A DNA stretch of 64,000 nucleotides, from positions 1 through 64,000 of the forward strand of contig JBILLK010000035.1 in the NCBI GenBank assembly GCA_044376115.1. The letters are read 5' to 3'. The number at the start of each line of letters is the position of its first letter. Within the stretch, counting starts at the first letter, position 1. Positions 39,369-49,178 of this stretch are shown here, piece by piece. The stretch is from Polyangiaceae bacterium. GTDB lineage: Bacteria > Myxococcota_A > Polyangia > Polyangiales > Polyangiaceae. A program made the position numbers and the translations under genes. The notes beneath the pieces were generated by a model, which was not told the origin of the DNA, made no database searches, and saw only the letters and a list, made by a program, of their open reading frames with translations.

Positions 39369-39465
39369 CGCTTAGCTACGCTCAGCGAGTACGCGGCATT
39401 CCGCATTACTCGCGGTGGAATCACTCCCTGTCAGAAGTCGGCGCGTTGCCCGTCCTGCGAACCCC

Positions 39466-40500
39466 ATGAAGCGCAAACTTGCCTCCGTTCGAGTCGTCGA
39501 AGAGATCCTACCCATTGTGGGGGCTGATGCGATCGAGGCTGTGAGGCTCGGTGGCTGGGCCTGCGTCGTGCGCAAAGGTGCCTTTCAAGTGGGCGACCAA
39601 GGCGTCTACTTCGAGATCGACGCCGTCCCTCCGGACAGCGAGTCCTTCCGTTTTCTTTGGACGCCCAAAGGCGAGGTCCAGCGTGCGGGCCTTCGGCCGG
39701 GGAGCTTCCGCCTTCGAACCAAGAAGCTGCGTGGATGTCTCTCCCAGGGGCTGTTCATGCGCTTCGACGAACTCGGGCTGACCGGTGCTCATGAGACCGG
39801 ACAGGACCTCACCGAGCTACTCGGCGTCGAGAAGTGGGACCCCCCGCTTCCGACAGGAGCGGGAGATACGCGCGGTGCTTTTCCGGCGGCCGTACCCAAG
39901 ACCGACGAGATGCGAGTTCAGTCGGTGCCCGCCGTGCTCGATGAGCTTCGCGGACACGCTTACGTCGCCACCCAAAAGTGCGATGGGACCAGCGCGACCT
40001 TCCTGATCGATCCGTTCGATGGGACCTTTCACGCATGCAGCAGAAACTGGTCGCTCAAGGAGGGTGAGAACCTCTACTTCGCAGTGGCTCGTAAGTTCGG
40101 CGTGGAGGAGAAGCTGCGCGAGCTTGGTGGCCGCTACGCCATTCAGGGTGAGATTTGTGGCCCCGGCATTCAGAAGAACCCGATGGGGTTGGCTTCGCCG
40201 GCGCTGTTCATCTTCAGCCTGTTTGACCTTCCGGCGGGGCGCTTCCTCTCCGACCGCGAGCTGCGTGAGGTCGTTCAACGGGTCGGGCTAACCGCTGTTC
40301 CGATCGTAGAAGAAGGTGATTCCTTCGCGCACGATCAAGCGTCGCTGCTTGCCCTCGCCGAGGGGCTGTACCCTGGGACCAAGAACCAACGTGAGGGCAT
40401 CGTGGTTCGCCCGCGAGACGAGCTGTACAGCGAGACCCTTGGTGGCCGTCTCTCCTTCAAGGCGATCTCGAACAAGTACCTGCTCGACGAGCGCGACTAG
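39466..40500 (+). CDS. ATP-dependent RNA ligase, DRB0094/Rnl5 family
   Basis: RKLASV...I.PI.GADAIE, VYFEID, LRG.LSQGL, PKTDE.R.Q, motif I KCDG, QGEICGPGIQKN, REGIV, SFKAISNKYLL. Confidence 0.92.
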   Translation: MKRKLASVRVVEEILPIVGADAIEAVRLGGWACVVRKGAFQVGDQGVYFEIDAVPPDSESFRFLWTPKGEVQRAGLRPGSFRLRTKKLRGCLSQGLFMRFDELGLTGAHETGQDLTELLGVEKWDPPLPTGAGDTRGAFPAAVPKTDEMRVQSVPAVLDELRGHAYVATQKCDGTSATFLIDPFDGTFHACSRNWSLKEGENLYFAVARKFGVEEKLRELGGRYAIQGEICGPGIQKNPMGLASPALFIFSLFDLPAGRFLSDRELREVVQRVGLTAVPIVEEGDSFAHDQASLLALAEGLYPGTKNQREGIVVRPRDELYSETLGGRLSFKAISNKYLLDERD

Positions 40501-40593
40501 CCCGAGGGATGGGGTCTCCGGCTTACCGCCGACACTGGGATTCGTCCAGGCGAAAGGAACTTGCGCGAGCCGGGGATCACACCGTCATGCTGC

Positions 40594-41781
40594 TCAATCG
40601 CCCCCAGTTGCCCTGCCACGTGGGAGCTGCGCGACCTCGCTCCATGGGATGGCGAACGGTATGCCCTCATCGCTGCGGATCCCAACGAGCGCGTCGCGGA
40701 ACGGCGCCATTGTCCAGCCGTCGTCTGAGTTGGTCCCAAACCACGCGTGGTGGATCGGTATCGTCGTGCCGTCGGGCAAGAGGACCACGGCGGCGATCTT
40801 TTGATCGTTCCGCAGACACGTTGCGAGCACCGAGCCGCCGGGTGCAGCAAGAAGCTCGCTGATCAAGAGACCTCCGAGCCCAAGCTTGCGGCCCGCTCGG
40901 ACCAGGTGAACACGATTGTCCGATACGACGCCGATGTCCGCACCGAAGGGAGCCAGTGAGAAGTCATAGGCTGCGCGCAAAGATCCTCCGCCAAGCTTCT
41001 CGAACGCGGCCCCGGTCGAGCGGTACACGCTGCCTCCCCAGAGGAGGAAGCTCACACCGTTCGCCTCCACGCAGTCCCCGTCGAGATGCCAGCCGTAGTC
41101 ATCCTCCCATCCTTCGTTGGGTGGCAACGACGAAAGTTCCTCCCAACCTGTTCCATTCCAACTCCAGGGAAGAACCCGATCGAGCGCATTCTGTGGTCCT
41201 GGGAAAACGAGGAGCCTGTCCCCCAGAAAAGCCACTCGCCGAGCACCAAAACGCTTCGCGTCGGGCAGTGGTACCCACGTGTCCGAGTTGGCATGGCAGA
41301 TTGCGACGTGCTTCCCAGCGCGCGCAAGGACTCCGGCCGGAGAGAGGGCTACGTTGGGCACCCAGTCAACCTCGACCGTTCGTTCAAGGTTGAACGTGTG
41401 GTCGACGCGCACAACCGCCAACTCGCCGCTCCGTGCGACCACCATGCGGTCGCCGGTGATGGCGTGAAGCTTGCTCCCGAAGGTAAAGTCTGCGCGAAAG
41501 CGAGCGCCGGACGTCTTGGGCGCGTCAGGCGCTCGGAGGGTTGCCCGGCACTCTCGGCAGCGAACTGCGAGCTGCGGAACTCTGACTCCGCATGCTCCAC
41601 ACTGTACGGTGGCGAGCGCCAACCATTCGTCGAGCGACAGCTCGAACGGTGCGTCTCGTCGTGGGTCAAGGCCGCAGCGGGGACACGCGGCCGGCAGCGA
41701 ATGGGAGTTGTCGGAAGTGTTAACCGTTCCAAGTGGCGCGATGCAGTAAGGGCAACAGATGAGGGGAGGCTCGGCTTGCAC
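40594..41781 (-). CDS. hypothetical protein with N-terminal double zinc ribbon
   Basis: CPYC, CPRC, CGAC and CREC, followed by a beta-rich domain. Confidence 0.6.
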   Translation of the reverse strand: MQAEPPLICCPYCIAPLGTVNTSDNSHSLPAACPRCGLDPRRDAPFELSLDEWLALATVQCGACGVRVPQLAVRCRECRATLRAPDAPKTSGARFRADFTFGSKLHAITGDRMVVARSGELAVVRVDHTFNLERTVEVDWVPNVALSPAGVLARAGKHVAICHANSDTWVPLPDAKRFGARRVAFLGDRLLVFPGPQNALDRVLPWSWNGTGWEELSSLPPNEGWEDDYGWHLDGDCVEANGVSFLLWGGSVYRSTGAAFEKLGGGSLRAAYDFSLAPFGADIGVVSDNRVHLVRAGRKLGLGGLLISELLAAPGGSVLATCLRNDQKIAAVVLLPDGTTIPIHHAWFGTNSDDGWTMAPFRDALVGIRSDEGIPFAIPWSEVAQLPRGRATGGD

Positions 41782-41845
41782 GGCCGCTGTTACGTTCGAG
41801 CGGGAACGACCTTCCCTCCCTTAGCGCGCCGAGCAAGCAGCATCG

Positions 41846-41890
41846 CGGCTCGCGGAGGCCCTGCGGGAGATCGAACGTCTGAAGCGCTAG
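41846..41890 (+). pseudogene. orphan 3' tail of a Uma2 gene
   Basis: Encodes RLAEALREIERLKR*, identical in protein to the end of 45447-46226. Confidence 0.7.
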
Positions 41891-41955
41891 GACTCGGAGG
41901 AATGGCGGAGGCTGGCGCTGGGTAGCGGATAGGATGTTGGGGGTGTGGTCGATCG

Positions 41956-44019
41956 ATGACTAACAACAGTGCCGTCGGCTGGTTGCCCTTCGGGATCCAC
42001 AAGACCATCCGCGACCTGGAGGTGCTCGGGCTGTGCGATGCGTTTGCGGCTTTGTCGCCGCACGACTCAGCGAGCTTGGTCGAGCTATTGGACGTGGTCG
42101 ATCTCGTCGACGGTCAGCCGCTCGTCGATGACGGCGCGCACCTTCCTGGCCTGCTGATCGTGCTTCAAGGTTGCGTCGTTGGCGGCTCCCTCCCTGAGCC
42201 GCTACCCATCGCTCGGCCGTGGGGCGTCGAAGCAATGCTCGAGGCCCATCCGGCTCCCGCCAGCCTCCATGCGCGCGGGGGCGCGCGCGTTGCGCTGCTT
42301 CGAAGACAACGCTTCGATGGCTTCGCCGCCTCGCATGCCGCCGCCTCCGTCACGTTTCTCCGACGTTTGATGGTCGAGCTCGTGCGCACCGCGCGCCCGA
42401 CCCCGCGCTCCTCCCTTCCTCGGCTGCAGGACGTGCTGCCGCTTGCGATCGACGGAGCGCTCGTGGTCGCGGGGAGGGCGAACGGCGCGACGCGTTCGCT
42501 GCTTGATACGGTCGAACCAAACGTCGTCCCCACGCCGGTGACCGTGCGCGACTGGGAGGGCCGTGAGATCTATCGACGGAGCGCCGGGCTCGCCTGCCTC
42601 GAGGCCGCTCGGCGAGCGCGCGAGTACGCGGTGACGCTGGGCCCGTCGTGGACCTCGGGGCGACTGATCCTCGGCCTCGATCCAAGTGGCGACCGCGGCG
42701 CACAAGCGGCTGCTATCCAGCACGAGCTCGATCAAGTGGTTGGGGAGGCGCTCCCGTTCGAGGAGCTTTCGGTGCATCGCGATCAGGCGCTTCGACTCTT
42801 GGAGGGCACCCAAGCCGGCGTGCTCGTGTCAACGAGCGGAAGTCCATCGGTCGCGCTCAACCGCTTGGGTGGGACGCTGGTGTTGAGCCCAGGACCGCTG
42901 TTGCCCAACACAGGCTATCTGCGCGGGCTAACCATCGCTCCCTATGCCGACACCCTCAGCTTGGACTTCGGTCCCAACGTGCGCGACGCCTTGCCGAAGC
43001 GCCCGATGAGCACGATGCTCCTCGAGCGCACGTCGCCGCGATACCCAACGGATGCGTCCTCGCGCGGCTGGCTCGAGAAGCTCGGCATCGTAAGCGTCGG
43101 GGCCTTCAATCGCGCCTGCATAAGCGGTGAGGTCCGCAACGTGATCGACGTCGCAGAGGGCTTTCACGAAAAACGGATCGCCGAGCTCGCCGACCTCATC
43201 CGCGCGAGACCCGAGGTGAAAATCGTCGCGGTCGCTGGGCCGTCGTCGTCGGGAAAGACCACCTTCCTCAAGCGGCTATCGATCCAGCTGCGCGTGGCCG
43301 GTCTCCGGCCGGTCGGCCTCTCGCTCGATGACTACTACGTCGACCGCGAGCAGAACGTCCGCGATGCGTCCGGGGAGTACGACTTCGAAGCGCTCGAGGC
43401 GATCAATCTTTCGCTCTTTGGCGAGCACATCGCGGCGCTGCTCGAGGGGCGTACGATCAACACCGCTCGCTACGACTTTGTCACCGGAAAGAGCGCTCCT
43501 GCGGGCGGAGAAGCGCTCAGCCTGGGCCAAGGCGACGTGCTGCTCGTGGAAGGGATTCACGGGCTCAACCCCAGCGTGTTCCCCGACGCTGCGACGTCGT
43601 CGCTGTTTCGTGTCTTCATCCACCCGGCGACTTCGCTGCCGTTCGATTCGCTGTCCACGCTGGAGCCGGCCGATGTCCGGCTGCTGCGCAGGATCGTGCG
43701 CGATCGGCACAGCCGTGGAACCAGCGCCGCGCAAAACCTTGCGCGTTGGCCCAGCGTTCGCCGCGGTGAGCGGCTCCACATCGATCCGCATCGGCCTCAA
43801 GCCGACTTCGTCTTCGATACCTCGCTCATCTACGAGCTGAGCGTGCTGCGGGTCTTTGCCGAGCGCTACCTGCTCGAGGTTCGCGACGACTCGCCGCAGC
43901 ACCCCGGTGCGCTGCGCCTGCTGCGTTGGATGGCGCCGTTCGTGCCGATCTATCCGGATCGGGTCCCACCGACGTCGATCCTTCGCGAGTTCATCGGCGG
44001 TAGCGGGTTCAGTTACTGA
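41956..44019 (+). CDS. cNMP-binding-like + ThrRS-N-like + uridine kinase family protein
   Basis: AGPSSSGKTT, SLDDYY.DR, YDFEALEA, EGIHGLNP, RLLRRIVRD, YELSVL; degenerate CAP-like N-domain. Confidence 0.85.
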   Translation: MTNNSAVGWLPFGIHKTIRDLEVLGLCDAFAALSPHDSASLVELLDVVDLVDGQPLVDDGAHLPGLLIVLQGCVVGGSLPEPLPIARPWGVEAMLEAHPAPASLHARGGARVALLRRQRFDGFAASHAAASVTFLRRLMVELVRTARPTPRSSLPRLQDVLPLAIDGALVVAGRANGATRSLLDTVEPNVVPTPVTVRDWEGREIYRRSAGLACLEAARRAREYAVTLGPSWTSGRLILGLDPSGDRGAQAAAIQHELDQVVGEALPFEELSVHRDQALRLLEGTQAGVLVSTSGSPSVALNRLGGTLVLSPGPLLPNTGYLRGLTIAPYADTLSLDFGPNVRDALPKRPMSTMLLERTSPRYPTDASSRGWLEKLGIVSVGAFNRACISGEVRNVIDVAEGFHEKRIAELADLIRARPEVKIVAVAGPSSSGKTTFLKRLSIQLRVAGLRPVGLSLDDYYVDREQNVRDASGEYDFEALEAINLSLFGEHIAALLEGRTINTARYDFVTGKSAPAGGEALSLGQGDVLLVEGIHGLNPSVFPDAATSSLFRVFIHPATSLPFDSLSTLEPADVRLLRRIVRDRHSRGTSAAQNLARWPSVRRGERLHIDPHRPQADFVFDTSLIYELSVLRVFAERYLLEVRDDSPQHPGALRLLRWMAPFVPIYPDRVPPTSILREFIGGSGFSY

Positions 44020-44149
44020 GTGCTCCTCTGGCCCCCGCCTGTCGCGCTACGCGGCGCGACTGCCCCGTGCGTGTCGCAGTCGTCGTCGTCGAGGTGCGGC
44101 TTTGGCTAGTTGTTGCGATGGAACGCGCGTTGCTGTGCGCCTACCTCAA

Positions 44150-45367
44150 ATGCGTACTGGCTCCACTTTGCTCGCGGCTTGTGTCCTCTCAGCTGGGTTC
44201 GCTGTTGGCTGCGATGATGGAGGTTCAGGCGGTGACGCGACGGGCAATGCGGGGGCCTCGCAAGGGGGCGCTGACTCGGACGGAGGTGCCAGCTCGTCGG
44301 GCGGTAACGGCGCTGGCGGTGGCAACGCGGGCGGCGGTGACATCGGCGGCAGTGGCGCAGGCGGCGGCAACACGGGCTTGCTACCTGTGTTCGTCGCCGT
44401 GGGTGATGGCGGCTTCACGGCGACCTCGTGCGATCGCGGCCGAACCTGGACGTCTCACTACTTCAGCGCCGAGATGGAAGATCACAGCCCCTGGACCGCG
44501 TTCGGCGGCATCGCGTTTGGCCAAGGCGCGTTCGCGGTCGGGCTCGGTTGGGGCTTTCCGGGTCACGTTCTGCACTCCACCAACGGTCTCGACTTCGTCG
44601 ATCTGCCGCAGAGCAGCTTCCTCGAGAACGGCAAGGTGATCGGCTACGACAGCAGCACCGCGGGGGTCGTGCACGACGGCACGTCGTTTGTGCTTTTCGG
44701 TAACCCGGTGTTTCGCTCGAACGACGCGCAGACGTGGACGGCGACCAACATTTCGCTCCCTCCGGGGAGCCACCAGCTACGTCAGGTGCGAGCGTTCCCG
44801 TCGCAACAGCTGATCGTCGCCAGCCTCGAGAAGCAATACGACGATGGCTCGAGCCAAGCGATCGGTCACTTCCTGGCCGTCAGCGCCGATGGCGGCGCAA
44901 CCTGGGCCCAGGGCACCGGATACGACCCTGACTGCTCCGACCCCATTCAACACGTCGGTGATATCGAAATGCTCGGCGACGTGCTGCTCGTGGGAGCGAA
45001 GCGGCTGTGCCGCTCGACCGACGCAGGTGCCACTTGGACGTCGTTCGCTGCGCCAACCGACGGCGATCTCGGTGACCTCTTCTCCGATGGCACGGCCTTC
45101 TACGCGACCCCCAACCAGTACGCTTCGAGCGGCGTCGTGCTCCGCTCGGAGGACGGGATCACCTGGTCCGAGTTTGCCGACGTCGGAGCGCCCATCACCT
45201 TCGGCGCGTACGGCGATGGCACGATGGTCGCCGCTCCGAAAGGCGGCGTGCCCAGCTTCTTCTTCAGCGACGACGGCGAAACCTGGTCCCAAGGAGAGTT
45301 CTCCACCGATCTAGCGAACGTCACCTTGCGCGAGATCGGCGTGGGCATGGTCGAGCACTGCCCGTAG
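44150..45367 (+). CDS. lipoprotein with BNR/Asp-box repeats
   Basis: SCDRGRTW, SADGGATW, STDAGATW, SEDGITW, SDDGETW; lipobox AVG-C. Confidence 0.8.
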   Translation: MRTGSTLLAACVLSAGFAVGCDDGGSGGDATGNAGASQGGADSDGGASSSGGNGAGGGNAGGGDIGGSGAGGGNTGLLPVFVAVGDGGFTATSCDRGRTWTSHYFSAEMEDHSPWTAFGGIAFGQGAFAVGLGWGFPGHVLHSTNGLDFVDLPQSSFLENGKVIGYDSSTAGVVHDGTSFVLFGNPVFRSNDAQTWTATNISLPPGSHQLRQVRAFPSQQLIVASLEKQYDDGSSQAIGHFLAVSADGGATWAQGTGYDPDCSDPIQHVGDIEMLGDVLLVGAKRLCRSTDAGATWTSFAAPTDGDLGDLFSDGTAFYATPNQYASSGVVLRSEDGITWSEFADVGAPITFGAYGDGTMVAAPKGGVPSFFFSDDGETWSQGEFSTDLANVTLREIGVGMVEHCP

Positions 45368-45446
45368 CCCGTGCTGATTCGGCACCTACTTCCCACCGCG
45401 CTCAGCTGCTCACCCGAGCTCTCGCTCTGAGCTATCATGAAGCGCC

Positions 45447-46226
45447 ATGACGCAGCCTTGGTCGCTAGATCCGAACGATCCTCGCGCCCCGACCTCCGAG
45501 GTTTGGAACGCCATGTCGCCCGCCGAGCGCGCGCGCGTGGTGGCCTCGCTCCCTACCGACTGGGAGGACGCTTTGCCGTCCGAGGGAGATCCTCATTGGG
45601 TGCCGAAGGTCAACGCGCGCAAGACGCTCGAACGCTACTTTTCGCGGCTCGGTCGCAAAGCGTACGTGGGCTCGGAGCTGGCGATCTACTACCCCGGCGA
45701 ACGGACCTTCGCTCCCGACGTGTTCGCCGTGCTCGACGTCGAGCCCCATGAACGCGACCGCTGGGTGGTGGACCAGGAGCAGCGCGGGCTCGACTGGGTG
45801 ATGGAGATCCACGTAGCGGGGGATCGGCGCAAGGACCACATCCGTAACGTCGACTGGTTCGCTCGCCTCGGCATCCCCGAGTACTTCATCTACGACCGCG
45901 GCAAACTGCGCATCTCGGCGTGGCAGCTGGAGACCACCGCGGAGGGGCGCCGCTACGTGCCGATGCTGCCGCAACGAGGCCGCTACATCTCGCGCGTGCT
46001 CGGCCTCGAAATCGGCATCCTCGATTCGAAGTTGCGTTTCTTCTCCTTGGACGCTGAGTTGCCGGAAGCGGAGGAGCTCATCTTCAAGCTCGAACGTGCC
46101 GTCTCCGATCTCGAGCGGCGGGCGGAGGAAGAGTCGCGGCGGGCGGAGGAAGAGTCGCGGCGGGCGGAGACCGCTGAAGAGCGGCTCGCAGAGGCGCTGC
46201 GCGAGATCGAACGCCTCAAGCGCTGA
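45447..46226 (+). CDS. Uma2 family endonuclease with C-terminal coiled coil
   Basis: APDVFAV, WVMEI, FARLGIPEYFIYD, RRAEEES repeats. Confidence 0.9.
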   Translation: MTQPWSLDPNDPRAPTSEVWNAMSPAERARVVASLPTDWEDALPSEGDPHWVPKVNARKTLERYFSRLGRKAYVGSELAIYYPGERTFAPDVFAVLDVEPHERDRWVVDQEQRGLDWVMEIHVAGDRRKDHIRNVDWFARLGIPEYFIYDRGKLRISAWQLETTAEGRRYVPMLPQRGRYISRVLGLEIGILDSKLRFFSLDAELPEAEELIFKLERAVSDLERRAEEESRRAEEESRRAETAEERLAEALREIERLKR

Positions 46227-46244
46227 GCCACGCTCGCGCTGGCC

Positions 46245-47135
46245 TCAGGCCCGTAAGCGGCCCAAGGCCTCGACCAGGAAGTCGAGCACGGCGCGCACGC
46301 GAGGCGACGACCGCAGATCCTTGTGGACGGTGAGCCAGACCGACTCGGTGGGTTCATTTGGCATCGGCAAATAACGCAGCGAAGGCTCAGCATCGCCGAG
46401 GTAACGAGGCAGGATCGCGATGCCGGCATCGGCGCGCGCTGCCTCGCGCAGCGCGATCGAGAGCGTGCTGACGAAGCCTACGTGCGCCTTTGGACAGAGC
46501 CGCTTGAGCCAGACGGTCTCGAGCTCCTTGGCGCCGGGCGGTCCGAGAAAGCTAAAGTCGGCGATCGTCTCCAAGCCGAACGTTGGTCGCTGCGCCAGGT
46601 AGTTGTGGGAGGCGTAGAGACCATAGCCAATCGAGGCTACGCGCCGCACGACGAGGTTCTCGCCCTTCGACTTGAAGCAGCGAACGGCGATCTCCGCCTC
46701 CTGCCGCCCAAGATCGAGCACGGTGCCCGCCGGCTCCAGCTCGATCACCAGGTCCGGGTGTTTGCGCCCAAAAGCCGCGAGCGCCGGCGCGAGAAACGCC
46801 ACACCCAGCGTCTCCGGTGAGGTCACGCGCACGCTTCCCTCGAGCCCGCCCCGACCGGCGTGCACCACCCGTTCAAGCGAGTCGACCGCACCTTCTACGG
46901 TGCGCATCGGCGCCGAAAGGCGCTTGGCCTCCGGCGTCGGTACGTAGCCTGCGCGCGTGCGGGTGAAGAGCCGAACGCCGAGCGCGGCCTCTGCGGCCTC
47001 GACTCGGCGCCCCACGGTGGTGTGATCCACTTGCAGCGACTTGGCCGCGCGGGCGAGCGAACCCGCGTCGATCAGGGCGAGCACGAAGCGAAGGTCATCC
47101 CATTGCAGCCTTGTGGATTTATGCACGTACGCCAT
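46245..47135 (-). CDS. LysR family transcriptional regulator
   Basis: WDDLRFVLAL...GSL..AAK.L.VDHTTVGRR, LGVRLF.R; substrate-binding domain. Confidence 0.95.
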   Translation of the reverse strand: MAYVHKSTRLQWDDLRFVLALIDAGSLARAAKSLQVDHTTVGRRVEAAEAALGVRLFTRTRAGYVPTPEAKRLSAPMRTVEGAVDSLERVVHAGRGGLEGSVRVTSPETLGVAFLAPALAAFGRKHPDLVIELEPAGTVLDLGRQEAEIAVRCFKSKGENLVVRRVASIGYGLYASHNYLAQRPTFGLETIADFSFLGPPGAKELETVWLKRLCPKAHVGFVSTLSIALREAARADAGIAILPRYLGDAEPSLRYLPMPNEPTESVWLTVHKDLRSSPRVRAVLDFLVEALGRLRA

Positions 47136-47176
47136 ATGTCGCACGACATTGTTGCACGGGCCGCGCGCGAAGATGA

Positions 47177-48373
47177 CTACGGCTGCTTCACCTCTGCCCT
47201 GAACTCGCGGTGCAGCCCAAGGCCGCCCTCGAACTCGGGCGCGCTGAGTCGCAAGCTGCACGTTCCGCTCGCGTGCAACAGCGCGGCCTGTTGCAGGCGG
47301 TGATCCGCAAACGGCGACAGGTTCGGCTGCTGCTCGATCGCGCAGACCTCGGGCGTGAGGCTCTCCAGCGTGAACCATGCCTCGTCGAGCGGTGAACAGA
47401 GCTTGGTGCCGTCGACGGCCTCATCGACGGTGAGCACCTGGATAGGTCGCGCCCAATCGATCGCGACTTCATCGCCGTTCTCGAGCGGCGCCCAGACTTT
47501 GACCTCGATACCGAACTCGACCTCCGTGGTTACGCGCTTCGCTTCAACGACCTCGACGACGGTGGGCGAACCAAAGGGCGCCTCCAGCTCGAGCAGGCCC
47601 GCCGTCTCCGGCGTGAGCAGGTTCACGGTGCCTTCACTCGCGGGCCCGTCGGGAGCCGTCAGCTGCACCGGTTCGAGCGGCTCTGTGCTGCGAATGGTCA
47701 GCGTCGCTGGGTGGCGCGGGTTGGCGTTGCTGGGCTGGAACACGACATCCTTGCCGTCTACCAGCGCGAAGCCCGGGACGACGCGAACGTTGGTAGCGAC
47801 GCGCACGACCGGCTCGTCGTAACAATCGGAGAACTGCACCGCGAGCTGTTTGGGCCGGCGCACCTGAACCACCATCACGTCGCTGGTCGCTACAGTGCTA
47901 CTGGGCGCAAAGCCGCATTCGGGACCCTCAGCGCTGACCTCGTATTCGCCTTTGATGGTCAAGGTGGCCGTCCCCTCGCTGTGGAGCGTGAGGACCAAGT
48001 TGCCTTGCTCGTCGAGCTTGCCGGTGGCGGACTCCGACGAGCCGTTGTCCACCGAGAGTGCTCGATACCGCCCGCCCAGCGGGCTCGAGCAAGCCGTCCA
48101 GCGCTTACCCGTCATCGTCTGCGTGATGACCGTCGGATAGCCATCGCCCAGCGCGTAATCGACCGCGCCTTTGAAGAAGAGCTCGCTGCCATCGTCGCTG
48201 GGCTTGCCAAACGCGCTCGGGTTGAACGGGTGTGCGTCGATCGGCTCGAGCGGGATGGTCTGCTCGAACGTTTCGTCGACCGCTTCCTCCTCTCGCTTAA
48301 GCTGCGTGTGAGCAGCGCAACCAACATGAACGAGGCCAACAAGAACGAACATCGCGGGGGCTAGGAGGCGCAT
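47177..48373 (-). CDS. hypothetical lipoprotein
   Basis: MRLLAP...VHVG-C, beta-rich. Confidence 0.65.
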   Translation of the reverse strand: MRLLAPAMFVLVGLVHVGCAAHTQLKREEEAVDETFEQTIPLEPIDAHPFNPSAFGKPSDDGSELFFKGAVDYALGDGYPTVITQTMTGKRWTACSSPLGGRYRALSVDNGSSESATGKLDEQGNLVLTLHSEGTATLTIKGEYEVSAEGPECGFAPSSTVATSDVMVVQVRRPKQLAVQFSDCYDEPVVRVATNVRVVPGFALVDGKDVVFQPSNANPRHPATLTIRSTEPLEPVQLTAPDGPASEGTVNLLTPETAGLLELEAPFGSPTVVEVVEAKRVTTEVEFGIEVKVWAPLENGDEVAIDWARPIQVLTVDEAVDGTKLCSPLDEAWFTLESLTPEVCAIEQQPNLSPFADHRLQQAALLHASGTCSLRLSAPEFEGGLGLHREFRAEVKQP

Positions 48374-48488
48374 GGGGTGACCTTTCGCAAGTGGGTAACC
48401 CGCTTTTGGTAACGCGCGGCAACCTGTGGGACCACGCCCAACGCTGCCCGGTGGTCGTGCAATAATGCACAAGCGCTGGATATGCTCG

Positions 48489-48926
48489 TTACCGCGCCGT
48501 TGCGACCGCGCGCATCCGCGCGAGGAGCGTCTTGACCCTCTCGGGATTGCCCTCAATGACGACGATCCGGCCGCGAGCTCGGTCGAGCCTTACCTGGTCG
48601 TAGACGGGTCCTTCGAGGCGATTGGTCCGCAGAACGATGCCGTCGAAGTCGGAGAGCGCAGGATCGCAGTCGATGTTTTGTTGGCCGATGTCGGGAATGA
48701 GAAATGCGTCGAAGCCGCCGAATGCGTAGTGAGGGTTGTGGCTGTACATGTTGCTGAACGTCTGTCGGTCTCCCTTCGCGAGGATGAAACGCTTAACGGT
48801 CAGGAACGTCGCACCGCTGAGCGCATCGCTCGAGGACGCTGCGGATCCGCCGGAGTGCGAGGGTGCACCACCACAGCCAACCACGCATGCGAAGATGAGT
48901 ACGAGACAGGAGAGGGCCTTGAACAC
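48489..48926 (-). CDS. hypothetical lipoprotein
   Basis: Lipobox VVG-C, 145 aa. Confidence 0.6.
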   Translation of the reverse strand: MFKALSCLVLIFACVVGCGGAPSHSGGSAASSSDALSGATFLTVKRFILAKGDRQTFSNMYSHNPHYAFGGFDAFLIPDIGQQNIDCDPALSDFDGIVLRTNRLEGPVYDQVRLDRARGRIVVIEGNPERVKTLLARMRAVATAR

Positions 48927-49121
48927 GGCCGAACGGTAGCGCTTCGTTACCAGGAAGACAGCAGTCTAGGGCTTCGCGCGACGCTCGCGGATCGTGGGGC
49001 GGCGCGGCAAACGCAGCCGCTCCGCTGCCCGAACGAGTACGTTGCGTTCGACGCTTGAACAGGTTGTTCAAGCGTTGCACAGCGGCCGTGCGCAGCCGTC
49101 GCTGCCAGTACGAAGTTTCGC

Positions 49122-49137
49122 TGGCACGAGCGGTGCT
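49122..49137 (+). promoter_or_regulatory. sigma54 -24/-12 promoter upstream of prsW
   Basis: TGGCACGAGCGGTGCT; palindrome ACGCTTGAAC-N5-GTTCAAGCGT at 49051-49075. Confidence 0.55.
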
Positions 49138-49178
49138 CCGAAAAAGTCAATGCTCAATTCACTCAAAGGAAAAGACGT

